Below are positions 47,786 to 57,269 of a stretch of 64,000 bases of DNA, piece by piece. The DNA lies in assembly GCA_041577335.1 (NCBI GenBank), contig JBFGJH010000001.1, forward strand, positions 4,221 to 68,220. The letters are read 5' to 3'. Position 1 is the first letter of the stretch. Every line of letters begins with the position of its first letter. Origin of the DNA: Acidimicrobiia bacterium. Its GTDB lineage: Bacteria; Actinomycetota; Acidimicrobiia; Spongiisociales; JAENVV01. A program made the position numbers and the translations under genes. The notes under the pieces are model-generated. The model was not told the DNA's origin, ran no database searches, and was given only the letters and a program-made list of their open reading frames with translations.

Positions 47786-48244
47786 GTGATTGTCATGTCT
47801 TCGCTCGAGGATCTCTATCGCGAAGTGGTGCTCGACCACTATCGCAACCCGCGACACCGTCAGCCGCTCGACCGGATCGACGCATCCGCCGATGGCAACA
47901 ACCCGCTGTGCGGAGACAAGGTCCACCTCGATCTCACGCTGGAGGGTGACGTCGTGGCCGCGGTCTCCGTGACCGGCCAGGGCTGTTCGATCAGCCAAAG
48001 TTCGGCGTCGATGATGTCTGAGGCCATCGTCGGCAAGACCAAGGACGAGATCGCGGCCCTCACCAGCCGATTCAAGGCAATGATGGCGATCGAGGGCAAC
48101 GGCGAGGAACCAACCCTCGACGCCGACCGGCCCGGGTCCGTGCTGGGCGACCTCGAGGCGCTCCAGGGGGTGCGTAAGTTCCCGGTGCGGATCAAATGCG
48201 CCGATTTGGGCTGGACCACGTTGGAGGAAGCGCTCAGCGGCTGA
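47786..48244 (+). CDS. sufU: SufU-type (IscU-like) sulfur-transfer/scaffold protein
   Basis: NPLCGD, GQGCSISQSSASMM and KCADLGW motifs with three Cys. Confidence 0.85.
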   Translation: MIVMSSLEDLYREVVLDHYRNPRHRQPLDRIDASADGNNPLCGDKVHLDLTLEGDVVAAVSVTGQGCSISQSSASMMSEAIVGKTKDEIAALTSRFKAMMAIEGNGEEPTLDADRPGSVLGDLEALQGVRKFPVRIKCADLGWTTLEEALSG

Positions 48245-48249
48245 CGCCG

Positions 48250-49188
48250 CTAGCCGCCGGCAGCCCCCGCCAGGAGCTCGGCGAGCGGGCCCCGCCAGGA
48301 CGGATGGGCGGGAGCCCATCCCAGGACATTCCGAGCTCGCTCGCTGCTGACCGCCGGCTGTTCGTCGATCAGGTACCGAAGGATTGTCGTGGGACCCTGC
48401 GAGAACAAGAATCTCGGGACTCGACGTGGAGGTTTGGTGCCGAGTTGCTCAGCCATCCACGGCAGAAGCTCCGATGCCATCACCGGATCATCGTCTACCA
48501 CGTTGTAGACGCCAGGAGGAGCAACGATGGCCTTGATGGTGGCATCCACGGCATCCTCGAGATGCAGGAGCCCCCACACCCCGCGTCCCTCACCGATGAT
48601 CGGAAGCAGGCGCCGCCGCAGCATCGTGGGGTATCCCTCACCGGGCGCAAAGTAGGTTCCCGGACCGTAGAACGCTCCGTACCGCAATACCGTCCCACCG
48701 GCGTCGGTGGTGACCAGCTCGAGCGTTCCGATTGCGTCGACGACGGCGGCGTGAGCTTTGGGAGCGTCGGTGTAGAGGGGATCATCTTCCACCCTCACGC
48801 CGTCACCAGGGCGCTGCGCAAAGGCGATCGACTGAGCCACGAGCCGGGCACCGGTCACATTCGCCGCCTCGGCCAGGGCCCGTCCGCCGACCGTGCGAAG
48901 CGCGTTGGTCCGTTTGGCAGCCGAGCTGGCCACTCTCGGATTGAGGAGCGAGCGAGGAAGGTTGGTGAGCTGGTTGATGATGATCTCGGGGTCGGACTCG
49001 ATCACCGCCCGGCGCAAAGCGTCGCCGTCGAGCGCGTCGGCAACGACCGACTCGAAGCCTCGCGCCCGCATCGCCTCGGCGCGTTCCGGATCGCGACACA
49101 CGGCAATGACGGTCCGGCCATCGATCCGCAGTCGCGGAAGGAGGGATCGGCCGATAACTCCGGTAGCGCCGGCTACGACGACTCGCAT
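48250..49188 (-). CDS. NAD(P)-binding epimerase/dehydratase (NmrA/atypical SDR-like) protein
   Basis: VVAGATGVIG Rossmann motif; 312 aa. Confidence 0.65.
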   Translation of the reverse strand: MRVVVAGATGVIGRSLLPRLRIDGRTVIAVCRDPERAEAMRARGFESVVADALDGDALRRAVIESDPEIIINQLTNLPRSLLNPRVASSAAKRTNALRTVGGRALAEAANVTGARLVAQSIAFAQRPGDGVRVEDDPLYTDAPKAHAAVVDAIGTLELVTTDAGGTVLRYGAFYGPGTYFAPGEGYPTMLRRRLLPIIGEGRGVWGLLHLEDAVDATIKAIVAPPGVYNVVDDDPVMASELLPWMAEQLGTKPPRRVPRFLFSQGPTTILRYLIDEQPAVSSERARNVLGWAPAHPSWRGPLAELLAGAAGG

Positions 49189-49231
49189 CCGGCAACGCTA
49201 GCCGGGTTAGCCAGGCCGAACGCAGATCACG

Positions 49232-49525
49232 TCAGGCTGACGCCGCCAACACAGGATGCGGATCTCGGCCAGAGCGAACCGCCGCGACATACCGCCGGCG
49301 GATGAGGCGACGCTCTTCTTCGTCGGTCCCGCCCCAGACGCCGAATCGCTGCGCGGTGGTGACGGCGTATGCGAGACACTGGGCTTGCACCGGGCACCCC
49401 GTGCAGATGCTCTTTGCCTCGGCGATCACTGCCGCCGAAGCGCCCATCGTCCCCGCCGGAAAGAAGACCTCGGGGTCGTGCTCTATGCAGCTGGCCCCTG
49501 CCCGCCATTCGTAGTCGGTATCCAT
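49232..49525 (-). CDS. whiB: WhiB-family [4Fe-4S] transcription factor, WhiB1-like
   Basis: Four Cys: C-x(n)-C-x2-C-x5-C (SCIEHDPEVFFP ... CTGCPVQAQC). G[VI]WGG turn (GVWGG) and basic C-terminal tail. Confidence 0.85.
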   Translation of the reverse strand: MDTDYEWRAGASCIEHDPEVFFPAGTMGASAAVIAEAKSICTGCPVQAQCLAYAVTTAQRFGVWGGTDEEERRLIRRRYVAAVRSGRDPHPVLAASA

Positions 49526-49586
49526 GAGAACAAGATAGCATATTTTAGTACTAAAGTCAGGAAAACTTGCGGAAAACCCTGATCCC
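49526..49586 (-). promoter_or_regulatory. AT-rich island upstream of whiB, with a -10-like TAAAAT ~20 nt from the ATG; probable whiB promoter with a short or absent leader
   Basis: Local GC well below the window average; lies between the fumC stop and the whiB start. Confidence 0.4.
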
Positions 49587-50978
49587 CTAAACCACCCCGC
49601 CTTGGGTCATCTTCTTGATATCGAGGGCGGCATCGAGCTCATCGGCGGTCATCACGCCCTTTTCGAGCGCCACCTGACGTACGCTCTTGCCGGTGGAGAA
49701 CGCCTCTTTGGCTATCTCGGCGCCCTTGTCGTACCCGATGTGAGGATTGAGAGCCGTCACCACGATGATGTTTTGTTCGACCAGGTGGCGGGCCCGGTCG
49801 GCATTTGCCTCGATGCCATCGATGCACCGCTCCCTCAGCGTGTTGCACGCAGCAGCGAGGATGGAAACCGACTCGAGCAGGTTATGAGCGATCACGGGCA
49901 TCATCACGTTGAGCTCGAAATTCCCGTTGGCCCCCGCCCACGTGATCGCTGCGTCATTGCCGATGACCTGTGATGCCACCTGCATCGTCATCTCGGGCAT
50001 CACCGGGTTCACCTTGCCCGGCATGATCGAAGAGCCCGGCTGGAGAGAAGGCAACGAAATCTCCGAGAAACCGGTACGCGGCCCCGACGACAACCAGCGA
50101 AGATCGTTGACGATCTTGAAGAGCGACACCGCCACTGTCTTCAGTGCTCCCGACACGGACACCGTGGCGTCCTTGGCGGCCTGCGCCTCGAAGTGGTCGG
50201 GCGCCTCCACGAACGGAAGCCCGGTGCGCGAGGCGATCTCGGCGATGACGGCTGCCGCAAAACCATCCGGTGCGTTGAGCCCGGTGCCAACGGCGGTTCC
50301 TCCGAGCGCAAGTTCGGCAAGCTCAGCACCGGCAGTCTCGATCCTGCGACGCCCGTTGGCGACCTGTGTGGCGTACCCGTCGAACTCTTGACCGAGCGTC
50401 ACAGGAGTGGCGTCCATGAGATGGGTGCGACCCGACTTCACGATGTCTTCGAATTCGTCGGCCTTGACGCGCAGAGAGTCGGCGAGGGCGGCGAGCGCCG
50501 GCAGCAGCTCCTCGGTGATGGCCGCCAACGCCGCCACGTGGATGGCGGTTGGGATCACGTCGTTGGACGACTGTCCGTAATTCACCTGATCGTTGGGGTG
50601 CACGAGCCGGTCTTCCATCGAGCCACCCATGATCTCGGAAGCGCGGTTGGCGATGACTTCGTTGGCATTGGTGTTGGTCGATGTCCCCGAGCCGGTCTGG
50701 AAGATATCGAGCACGAAGTGCTCGTCGAGCGATCCATCGACGACCTCGTCGGCCGCCGTGACGATCGCCCTGGCGATGTCGTCGGGCACATAGCCGGCGC
50801 GGGCGCTCACGGTGGCTGCTGACCCCTTGATCAATCCCAGCGCCCAGATGAACCGGCGACTGAATCGCAGGCTGGAGATAGGGAAGTTCTCTACGGCGCG
50901 TTGGGTGGAAGCCCCGTAGTAGGCGTTCGACGGCACCCGAACCTCACCCATCGAGTCCTTTTCAATCCGATAGTCCAT
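49587..50978 (-). CDS. fumC: Class II fumarate hydratase / aspartate ammonia-lyase family; most likely fumarase FumC
   Basis: [11 protein letters not shown] signature, N-terminal [10 protein letters not shown]...TQR, 463 aa. Fumarase vs aspartase not fully resolved. Confidence 0.75.
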   Translation of the reverse strand: MDYRIEKDSMGEVRVPSNAYYGASTQRAVENFPISSLRFSRRFIWALGLIKGSAATVSARAGYVPDDIARAIVTAADEVVDGSLDEHFVLDIFQTGSGTSTNTNANEVIANRASEIMGGSMEDRLVHPNDQVNYGQSSNDVIPTAIHVAALAAITEELLPALAALADSLRVKADEFEDIVKSGRTHLMDATPVTLGQEFDGYATQVANGRRRIETAGAELAELALGGTAVGTGLNAPDGFAAAVIAEIASRTGLPFVEAPDHFEAQAAKDATVSVSGALKTVAVSLFKIVNDLRWLSSGPRTGFSEISLPSLQPGSSIMPGKVNPVMPEMTMQVASQVIGNDAAITWAGANGNFELNVMMPVIAHNLLESVSILAAACNTLRERCIDGIEANADRARHLVEQNIIVVTALNPHIGYDKGAEIAKEAFSTGKSVRQVALEKGVMTADELDAALDIKKMTQGGVV

Positions 50979-51055
50979 GCCCGCTCCTCACGTGTTCTTC
51001 ACGAAGATTAGGCCCATTCCCGATCCTCGACGGAACCCGATAGGGTGACAGTCCG

Positions 51056-51862
51056 ATGCGCGTCCCTGTTGTCAGTTCCACCGGTTCCGAGCTGTCCACC
51101 ATTGTGTGGCAGGGAACTGATCCTGGGCGCTCCGCCTTGCTGGTCCACGGCCTCGCGTCGAACGCCCTCACCTGGGGCGGTGTCGCCGAAACCCTCAACG
51201 AGAAAGGCGTCACCGTTGTGGCCGTCGACCAACGATCTCACGGCCAGTCAGAGGTGACAGAGGATGGCTATACGTTTGCCACCTACGCGGCCGACCTCAA
51301 GGCAGTGGTCGATACCTTGGGCCTCGACCGGCCCCTGGTTGCCGGCCAATCCTGGGGGGGCAACGTCGTGGTCGAGTATGGCGACCGGTACCCCGGCGCA
51401 TGTCATGCCGTCGTGTGCGTCGATGGGGGCGCCATCCAGTTGAAGCGAGCCTTCTCGAGCTGGGAGGATGCCGAGCTGCGCCTCGCCCCGCCGTCTTTCG
51501 AAGGCGTCACGCTCGGCCAGATGCGGGTATACATGACCTCCAACCGCCCCGATTGGCCGGCGGCGGGCATAGAAGCAACACTCGCCAACTTCAAAGTGCT
51601 CGACGATGGAACTGTCACCAACCGGCTTCCCCGCGACAAGCACATGTTGATTCTGCGCTCACTCTTCGAACATGAGCCTCGCCAATTGGTCGAACGCTTG
51701 ACGGTGCCTGTCAGCCTTGTCGCAGCGCGCCCAGGCCCGACTCCGACCGACGTCGGCGAGTGGTTTCCCAACACGCAGTTCATCGACGGCGATCATGACC
51801 TGCACGTTCAGCAGCCCAGCCGCGTGGCGGACATCCTCTGCAAGGCGGCCGCATGGCAGTAA
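51056..51862 (+). CDS. Alpha/beta-hydrolase fold protein
   Basis: HG oxyanion motif (LVHGLASN) and nucleophile elbow GQSWGG. Confidence 0.75.
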   Translation: MRVPVVSSTGSELSTIVWQGTDPGRSALLVHGLASNALTWGGVAETLNEKGVTVVAVDQRSHGQSEVTEDGYTFATYAADLKAVVDTLGLDRPLVAGQSWGGNVVVEYGDRYPGACHAVVCVDGGAIQLKRAFSSWEDAELRLAPPSFEGVTLGQMRVYMTSNRPDWPAAGIEATLANFKVLDDGTVTNRLPRDKHMLILRSLFEHEPRQLVERLTVPVSLVAARPGPTPTDVGEWFPNTQFIDGDHDLHVQQPSRVADILCKAAAWQ

Positions 51863-53010
51863 TAGCATTGATGGGATCAGGTGAGCTCAGCCCGACGATG
51901 GTGGGCGTGCACCGCCGACTCCTCTCGACGTTCGGAAGCGACGCGAACGCCATCTTTCTCGACACCCCTTTTGGTTTCCAAGAGAACGCCGACGTGCTCA
52001 CCGAGCGAGTCGCCGACTACTTTTCCACTTCGCTCGGCATCACGATCACAACGCCAACCTTCCGTAGCATCGATGTCTCCTCATCCTTCGAGCGAGAGGC
52101 AATGCTCGATGCCGTCCGGCGAGCTGACTTCATATTCGCCGGGCCGGGGAGCCCGAGCTATGCATTGCGACATTGGCAGGCAGCGGGACTCAGGGCGGCC
52201 GTTGCCGAGGCCCTCCGCCACGATGCCACCGTCGTCCTCGCATCCGCCGCTGCGGTCACCGCGGGGCCGCAAGCGGTTCCCGTCTATGAGATCTACAAGG
52301 TTGGCGAAGAGCCCCACTGGCTCGAGGGCCTGGACCTGCTCAGCCTCATAGGTGTCAACGCAGTGGTGATACCCCACTTCAACAACACCGAAGGCGGCAA
52401 CCACGACACTCGATTCTGTTATCTCGGCCGCCGACGATTCGATGCCCTCCGACTGCGGCTGGCAGTTCCCGTCATCGGCATCGATGAGCACACCGCTGCT
52501 GTTTTCGATGAGGCAACCAGAACCGCGTCGGTGTACGGCAAAGGTGCCGTCTCGGTAGTGACCGGCGACGAATCGACAGCCTACCTTGCCGGTGAGACCT
52601 TCTCGTTCGACGACATCCCGACGATTCCCGGCCGAGACGGGACCTCGCCGATGGAAAATACTCATGACAACCAAGCCACCCTGGTGGCCCCGCTCACAAC
52701 AGCAACCACGTCATTCGACGACGCTCTGGCAGCGGGAGACGCCCAAGCGGCGGCCGAACGCCTCATCAACACCGACGATCGACAAGCCGTCAATGCCATG
52801 GTGGTTCGGCTGGCGATGGCGGCCGAGCACGGTCTCGAAGATCCCGCCATGCGGATCGGCCCCTATGTCGACCTGTTGGTGGAGCTACGCAACGAAGCTC
52901 GGGCTCGCGGGGATTTCGCCGGGTCCGACGCTATTCGCGATCGACTGGTGGGCCTCGGCGTCGAGATCCGTGACACCGCCGACGGCACCGAGTGGCTCCT
53001 CCGAAGCTAG
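51853..53010 (+). CDS. Fusion protein: N-terminal peptidase S51/cyanophycinase-like (class I glutamine amidotransferase-fold) domain plus C-terminal cysteinyl-tRNA synthetase-type anticodon-binding domain
   Basis: N-terminus ALMGSGE...IFLDTPFGF...LASAAAVTAG. C-terminal ~90 aa resemble the CysRS C-terminal helical domain, with DAIRDRLVGLGVEIRDTADGTEWLLRS matching the conserved AD.IRD.L...GI.LEDTP.GT.WRR ending. No HIGH/KMSKS catalytic core. Confidence 0.55.
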   Translation: MAVIALMGSGELSPTMVGVHRRLLSTFGSDANAIFLDTPFGFQENADVLTERVADYFSTSLGITITTPTFRSIDVSSSFEREAMLDAVRRADFIFAGPGSPSYALRHWQAAGLRAAVAEALRHDATVVLASAAAVTAGPQAVPVYEIYKVGEEPHWLEGLDLLSLIGVNAVVIPHFNNTEGGNHDTRFCYLGRRRFDALRLRLAVPVIGIDEHTAAVFDEATRTASVYGKGAVSVVTGDESTAYLAGETFSFDDIPTIPGRDGTSPMENTHDNQATLVAPLTTATTSFDDALAAGDAQAAAERLINTDDRQAVNAMVVRLAMAAEHGLEDPAMRIGPYVDLLVELRNEARARGDFAGSDAIRDRLVGLGVEIRDTADGTEWLLRS

Positions 53011-53026
53011 ACCGGCCACGGTCCGA

Positions 53027-54145
53027 CTACAAAATGGCCCGAGACGCTTCGAACCGTCGGTCGAGTTTGGCCCGAATGAGACCCTCGCCCTCATCGAGAC
53101 GGGCTAACGCCGCCACCAAGAAGTCCACCATGCCGTGCCAATCGGCCAGCGAGATCTCCTCAGGCGCCACTGGCGCAGGAGAACGTCGCCGCTCAACCTC
53201 TTCCAGATCTTCCAGCTCACCCATGTTGTGGTAGTTGCCCAAAGGAAGACACACACAGGCGGCGGTGTGCCCGTAGGCCACAAAGGCAGTCGCCTCGCAC
53301 GACCCGCCGGTCATGAGTTTGCGCTGCGAGGCGAGACCGTCGCTCTGACCCATCTCGGCGGCCAGCGTCGCCAACGCATTGGTGAGCCCCGGGCTGAACA
53401 CGCTCGAGGCATCCCCGACCCTGACCACCGGCCCGGCCCCCAGTGGGGCATCAGGCAGCGCACGGGACATCTCGATGCACACCAACCGGGAACGAGCAGG
53501 GATGCGCGCACCCTTGGCCGCTCCGATGGCTCCCACAAAGCCCATCTCCTCGGCCCGGGTGAGGATCACGCCAACATCGCTGAGCTGATCCACCGCCCGA
53601 GACTGATCGAGCACCGCCAATGCGGCGGCCACGCCGGCCAGGTCATCGCATGCGTTGGCCCGTAGTCGGCCCCGGCTGATCCCCAGCCGGGAGGGAGCGA
53701 AATGCCAACGGCCGATGGCCCCGACGGCAGGGACCGGCGAGCCGCGCAGGCGCTTGCTGGTCCCCGACATCCCGGCATCGGTCCGTTCGAACGCTTCGAT
53801 GCGGGACCGCCCCACGACTTCGGTTTTATCGAGCCACTCGACGACCGCCCCCGAGTAATACTCGTCGCGCACGCCGCCCCGAAACTCCCAGGCAATGGTG
53901 CTGCCATCGACCGAAGTGGCGACGAATCCGGGATGATCCATGTGCGCGGTGAGCCATATCGGCGCCGAGCGGAGCTGGCGGTTTTGTGTGATGTAGAGAT
54001 TGCCGTACCGGTCTCGAGCCAACGTCAGGTCTCTCCGGCGGCGCACCCACTGGGTTACCCACGTGATGACCGCATCCTCCTTGCCGGACACGCTCGGCAG
54101 GTCGGTCAGTTGCACCAACCAGCGTTCGTGGGCATCTCGGCTCAC
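53027..54145 (-). CDS. M42-family (FrvX/glutamyl aminopeptidase-like) metallopeptidase
   Basis: LTDLPSVSGKEDAV N-terminal motif; HMDHPGF metal ligand. GTG start overlapping the upstream hydrolase stop (GTGA); the longer ORF is rejected. Confidence 0.7.
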   Translation of the reverse strand: MSRDAHERWLVQLTDLPSVSGKEDAVITWVTQWVRRRRDLTLARDRYGNLYITQNRQLRSAPIWLTAHMDHPGFVATSVDGSTIAWEFRGGVRDEYYSGAVVEWLDKTEVVGRSRIEAFERTDAGMSGTSKRLRGSPVPAVGAIGRWHFAPSRLGISRGRLRANACDDLAGVAAALAVLDQSRAVDQLSDVGVILTRAEEMGFVGAIGAAKGARIPARSRLVCIEMSRALPDAPLGAGPVVRVGDASSVFSPGLTNALATLAAEMGQSDGLASQRKLMTGGSCEATAFVAYGHTAACVCLPLGNYHNMGELEDLEEVERRRSPAPVAPEEISLADWHGMVDFLVAALARLDEGEGLIRAKLDRRFEASRAIL

Positions 54146-54864
54146 GAGGCGAGCCACTGCCGGATTCCGGCCATGAACGCATCGAATTCGTCGCGATGAA
54201 GAGAGTGACTGCCGTTGGGAACCATCACGTAATCGAGAGCAGAAACCTGTTGGGCGAGTGACGCCCCGAGCTGGGAAGGAATGAGGCCACCGGCGGCGGG
54301 GTCGCCGGTGATCAACAGGGTCTTGACTTGTAGATCGACGATCTCGGCCATCACATTCCACTCCGGGTTGTCCGCGTACGTTTGTTCCGCCATTTCCCGG
54401 CTTGATTGAAGCAGCGCTTCCGCCTTGATCCGAGCATCTTCAGGATGCCAGCGCGGATTCTTGTTGGCCACGGCCTCGGCGGTGATCGGCGGATCGTACG
54501 CCTTGGTGAGCCAAATCAGGCTCTCGGGGGTGGACGGCACGAGCAGTGCTGGGTCGGAGAGGATCAGCCGATCGCAGAATTCGGGAGTGGCCAAGAGCAG
54601 CGCGATGGTGCCTCCCATTGAATGTCCGAGCACGAGATCCCACCCCGTCCCCAACGAGGCAAGGTCACCGGCGTGATCGCTGAACCGGTACGACTTTCCT
54701 GGCGCGGACGCGCCGTGCCCGCGTAGGTCGGGAGCCGTGACGTGATAGCCCAGCTCCGCGATGGCCGGTCCGACCCGCCACCATCCTGCTGCGTTGGAGG
54801 AGATACCGTGGAGAAGAAGCGCCCGCCTCGGCCCTGAGCCGAACGTCAGGACGTTCAAGTCCAT
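54142..54864 (-). CDS. Alpha/beta-hydrolase fold protein
   Basis: LLLHGISSN, GHSMGG nucleophile elbow. Start overlaps the sufC2 stop (TGATG). Confidence 0.75.
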   Translation of the reverse strand: MDLNVLTFGSGPRRALLLHGISSNAAGWWRVGPAIAELGYHVTAPDLRGHGASAPGKSYRFSDHAGDLASLGTGWDLVLGHSMGGTIALLLATPEFCDRLILSDPALLVPSTPESLIWLTKAYDPPITAEAVANKNPRWHPEDARIKAEALLQSSREMAEQTYADNPEWNVMAEIVDLQVKTLLITGDPAAGGLIPSQLGASLAQQVSALDYVMVPNGSHSLHRDEFDAFMAGIRQWLAS

Positions 54865-55658
54865 CAGTCGAACGGCGTCTCGGTGAAGAACTCGCTGGCT
54901 GACTTGGGCTTGACCTGCGGCGCCGGGGCGGTGATGCCCAGCCGCTCCCTGACCGCCTCGTATCCACCAGCCTCGAGCTGGTCCGCCAGCTCCGGCCCGC
55001 CTGATTCCACGATCCGCCCGTCGAGCATGATGTGGATCCGGTCCGGGCTCAGATATCGCAGGATTCGGTTGTAGTGGGTGATCATGAGGATTCCCACGTC
55101 GGGCCCTCGCATCTGCTCAACTGCTTCTGCTACCTGGCGGACGGCGTCGATGTCGAGTCCTGAGTCGATCTCATCCAACACTGCGACTCGCGGCTGAAGC
55201 ACCGCCATCTGGAAGATCTCGGACCGTTTCTTCTCGCCACCGGACAGGTCATTGTTGACCGACCGCTTCAGGAATTCCTCCATATCGAACCGTGCCGCTG
55301 CCGAGGCGATCCGCTCATCGATATCGGCGATACCTTTTTCCGCGGCCGCCTCGCGTACGAACTCTTCCAGCCCCACGCCGGCCACCTCGACCGGATACTG
55401 GAACAGCTGCATGAGCCCCCAACGAGCACGTTCATCAACATCGGCATTCAGCAACTCACGGCCGTCCATCTGGGCCGATCCCGAAACGGAGTAGTCGGCC
55501 TTGCCAGTGAGCACGTGCGACAAGGTCGACTTGCCCGAGCCGTTCGGGCCCATGATTGCGTGAATCTCCCCGAAGGGGAGCTCCAGGTCAACACCTTTGA
55601 GGATCTCCACATCACCTACCTGAGCCGTGAGGTCCCTGACGAGAAGCGCGGCGCTCAT
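54864..55658 (-). CDS. sufC: Fe-S cluster assembly ATPase SufC (copy 2, in the sufB/sufD operon)
   Basis: Walker A GPNGSGKST; LSGGEKKR. ATGA overlap with the Rieske gene. About 50% identical to copy 1 by eye. Confidence 0.9.
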   Translation of the reverse strand: MSAALLVRDLTAQVGDVEILKGVDLELPFGEIHAIMGPNGSGKSTLSHVLTGKADYSVSGSAQMDGRELLNADVDERARWGLMQLFQYPVEVAGVGLEEFVREAAAEKGIADIDERIASAAARFDMEEFLKRSVNNDLSGGEKKRSEIFQMAVLQPRVAVLDEIDSGLDIDAVRQVAEAVEQMRGPDVGILMITHYNRILRYLSPDRIHIMLDGRIVESGGPELADQLEAGGYEAVRERLGITAPAPQVKPKSASEFFTETPFD

Positions 55659-55972
55659 GAACGGCCTCCGATGTTCAACTCGACCGTCCCGTCGACGACT
55701 CGGACGTCGTACACGGGGACTGGCTTGGTAGCCGGCAGCGAGTTCGGCTTGCCGGTTATCAGGCTGAACTCGGATCCGTGTCGGGGACACTCGACATCGG
55801 TATCGAACACTTCGCCTTCCGCCAGGGACGCTTCGGCGTGCGAGCATCGATCGGCAATCGCGTAGACGTCGTCTTCGATGCGAAACAGCGCCACGCGAAG
55901 CTCGCCAACATCGATCTTGATACCCCGACCCTGGGGCAGCGCATCCAAGTCGGTGATCGATACCCAGCTCAT
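55655..55972 (-). CDS. Rieske [2Fe-2S] ferredoxin (suf-operon associated)
   Basis: CSH...CPRHG Rieske ligands; ~105 aa; overlaps the sufD stop. Confidence 0.8.
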   Translation of the reverse strand: MSWVSITDLDALPQGRGIKIDVGELRVALFRIEDDVYAIADRCSHAEASLAEGEVFDTDVECPRHGSEFSLITGKPNSLPATKPVPVYDVRVVDGTVELNIGGRS

Positions 55973-57219
55973 GCGATCCGCCCTTCTGCCTGGGCGCGGA
56001 TGAATTTCTCGTTGACCGCATGCCGGATCGACGGGGCCAGTTGCGGGGCCGGCAATCGCCCGATCATCTCCTCGAAAAACCCCCGGAGCAGCACGCGCTC
56101 TGCCCGGTCCTTGTTGAGCCCGCGTGACTGGAGGTAGTAGAGATGGTCGGTTTCGAGAGGCCCCACCGTTGAGCCGTGTCCGCAAACCACGTCGTCGCAC
56201 AAGATCTCGAGGTTCGGCACCGAATGGGCTTTGGCGTCTTCCGAGAGTACGAGGTTGCGGTTTGTCTCAAACGTCGACGTGTTGGTGGCATCGGGCCAGA
56301 TCTTGAGGAGGCCCGTGAACACCGACTCCGACGAGTCTTCGACAGCGCCCTTGAGCGTCACCTCCGAAGAAGTGTTCTTACCACGATGGTTCACGACGAC
56401 TCGGTAGTCGAGGACCTGCTCACCATCGCCGAAGTAGATGCCGACGAGGTCGGAGCTGGACCCATCTCCGTCGAGGTCGCACTGGAAGTCGAGGCGCCCG
56501 AGTCGGCCGCCGAGGCCGACTTCGCCAACGCGGATCGAGGCATCGCGTCCGAGAACGAGCCTTTGGAACCCTGCCGCCACCGTGCCCGGGCCCCACGCCT
56601 GCACGGTCGTGAGCCGCAGACGGCCCCCGTCATCGACCCGCCCGCCGATTTGCGGCGAAACGACCATCTCGCCATCAGCCGACCGGAAAACGATCACCAC
56701 TGGCACCTCTGCGTTGCGACCCACGTCGATGAGGATGACGGGAAACGACACCGTGCCGGGCTGGGTTGCGCTGACGTCGACCACCACCGGCGTGGATGCT
56801 GCGGTGCCAGGGGCCGCGGTGATGACGATGCCATCGCGACCGAAAGCGCCCGCCGCGTTGGCGAAGATGTCGGCTTCGAGGTCTGGCGCAAGGCGGTCCG
56901 ATTCGGCGAGACGGCTGATGGTCACGTTGGGGTCAGCGGAGGTGCCCTCCTCGGTCACGAAACCATCGACGATCGCGACGGTGGCCAACCGATCTGTCAC
57001 GTCTTCCAGGAAGGGGGAGGGACCGAGGGCTCCTGGATGGGAAGGCAGCGCCAATGACTTGAGGTCGAAATCGAGATCGACATAGCGCCACGATTCTTCC
57101 CGGCCGGTCGGCATCGCCGCCTCTTGGAACGACGCAAACGCAGCCTTCCGGCCTTCGTGTGTTCCAGCCGGCGAATCGGCCAGGACGCGCTCAAAGGTGG
57201 GTTGTTCGAGGGTCAGCAC
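55969..57219 (-). CDS. sufD: Fe-S cluster assembly protein SufD
   Basis: SufB/SufD beta-helix C-terminal region. GTG start chosen 48 nt downstream of the UDG stop; N-terminus LTLEQPTFERVLADSP....EESWRY is typical of SufD. Confidence 0.85.
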   Translation of the reverse strand: MLTLEQPTFERVLADSPAGTHEGRKAAFASFQEAAMPTGREESWRYVDLDFDLKSLALPSHPGALGPSPFLEDVTDRLATVAIVDGFVTEEGTSADPNVTISRLAESDRLAPDLEADIFANAAGAFGRDGIVITAAPGTAASTPVVVDVSATQPGTVSFPVILIDVGRNAEVPVVIVFRSADGEMVVSPQIGGRVDDGGRLRLTTVQAWGPGTVAAGFQRLVLGRDASIRVGEVGLGGRLGRLDFQCDLDGDGSSSDLVGIYFGDGEQVLDYRVVVNHRGKNTSSEVTLKGAVEDSSESVFTGLLKIWPDATNTSTFETNRNLVLSEDAKAHSVPNLEILCDDVVCGHGSTVGPLETDHLYYLQSRGLNKDRAERVLLRGFFEEMIGRLPAPQLAPSIRHAVNEKFIRAQAEGRIA

Positions 57220-57269
57220 CGTGCGGGAACTCCTTGAGGTAGATGGATATCGTAATTCTTGGGGAGGGG

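Noticed and set aside
53027-54361. Full 444-aa ORF for the M42 peptidase
   Set aside because: The first 72 residues are Arg-rich and overlap the upstream hydrolase gene. A GTG at 54145 forms a GTGA coupling with the hydrolase stop and precedes the conserved M42 N-terminal motif.
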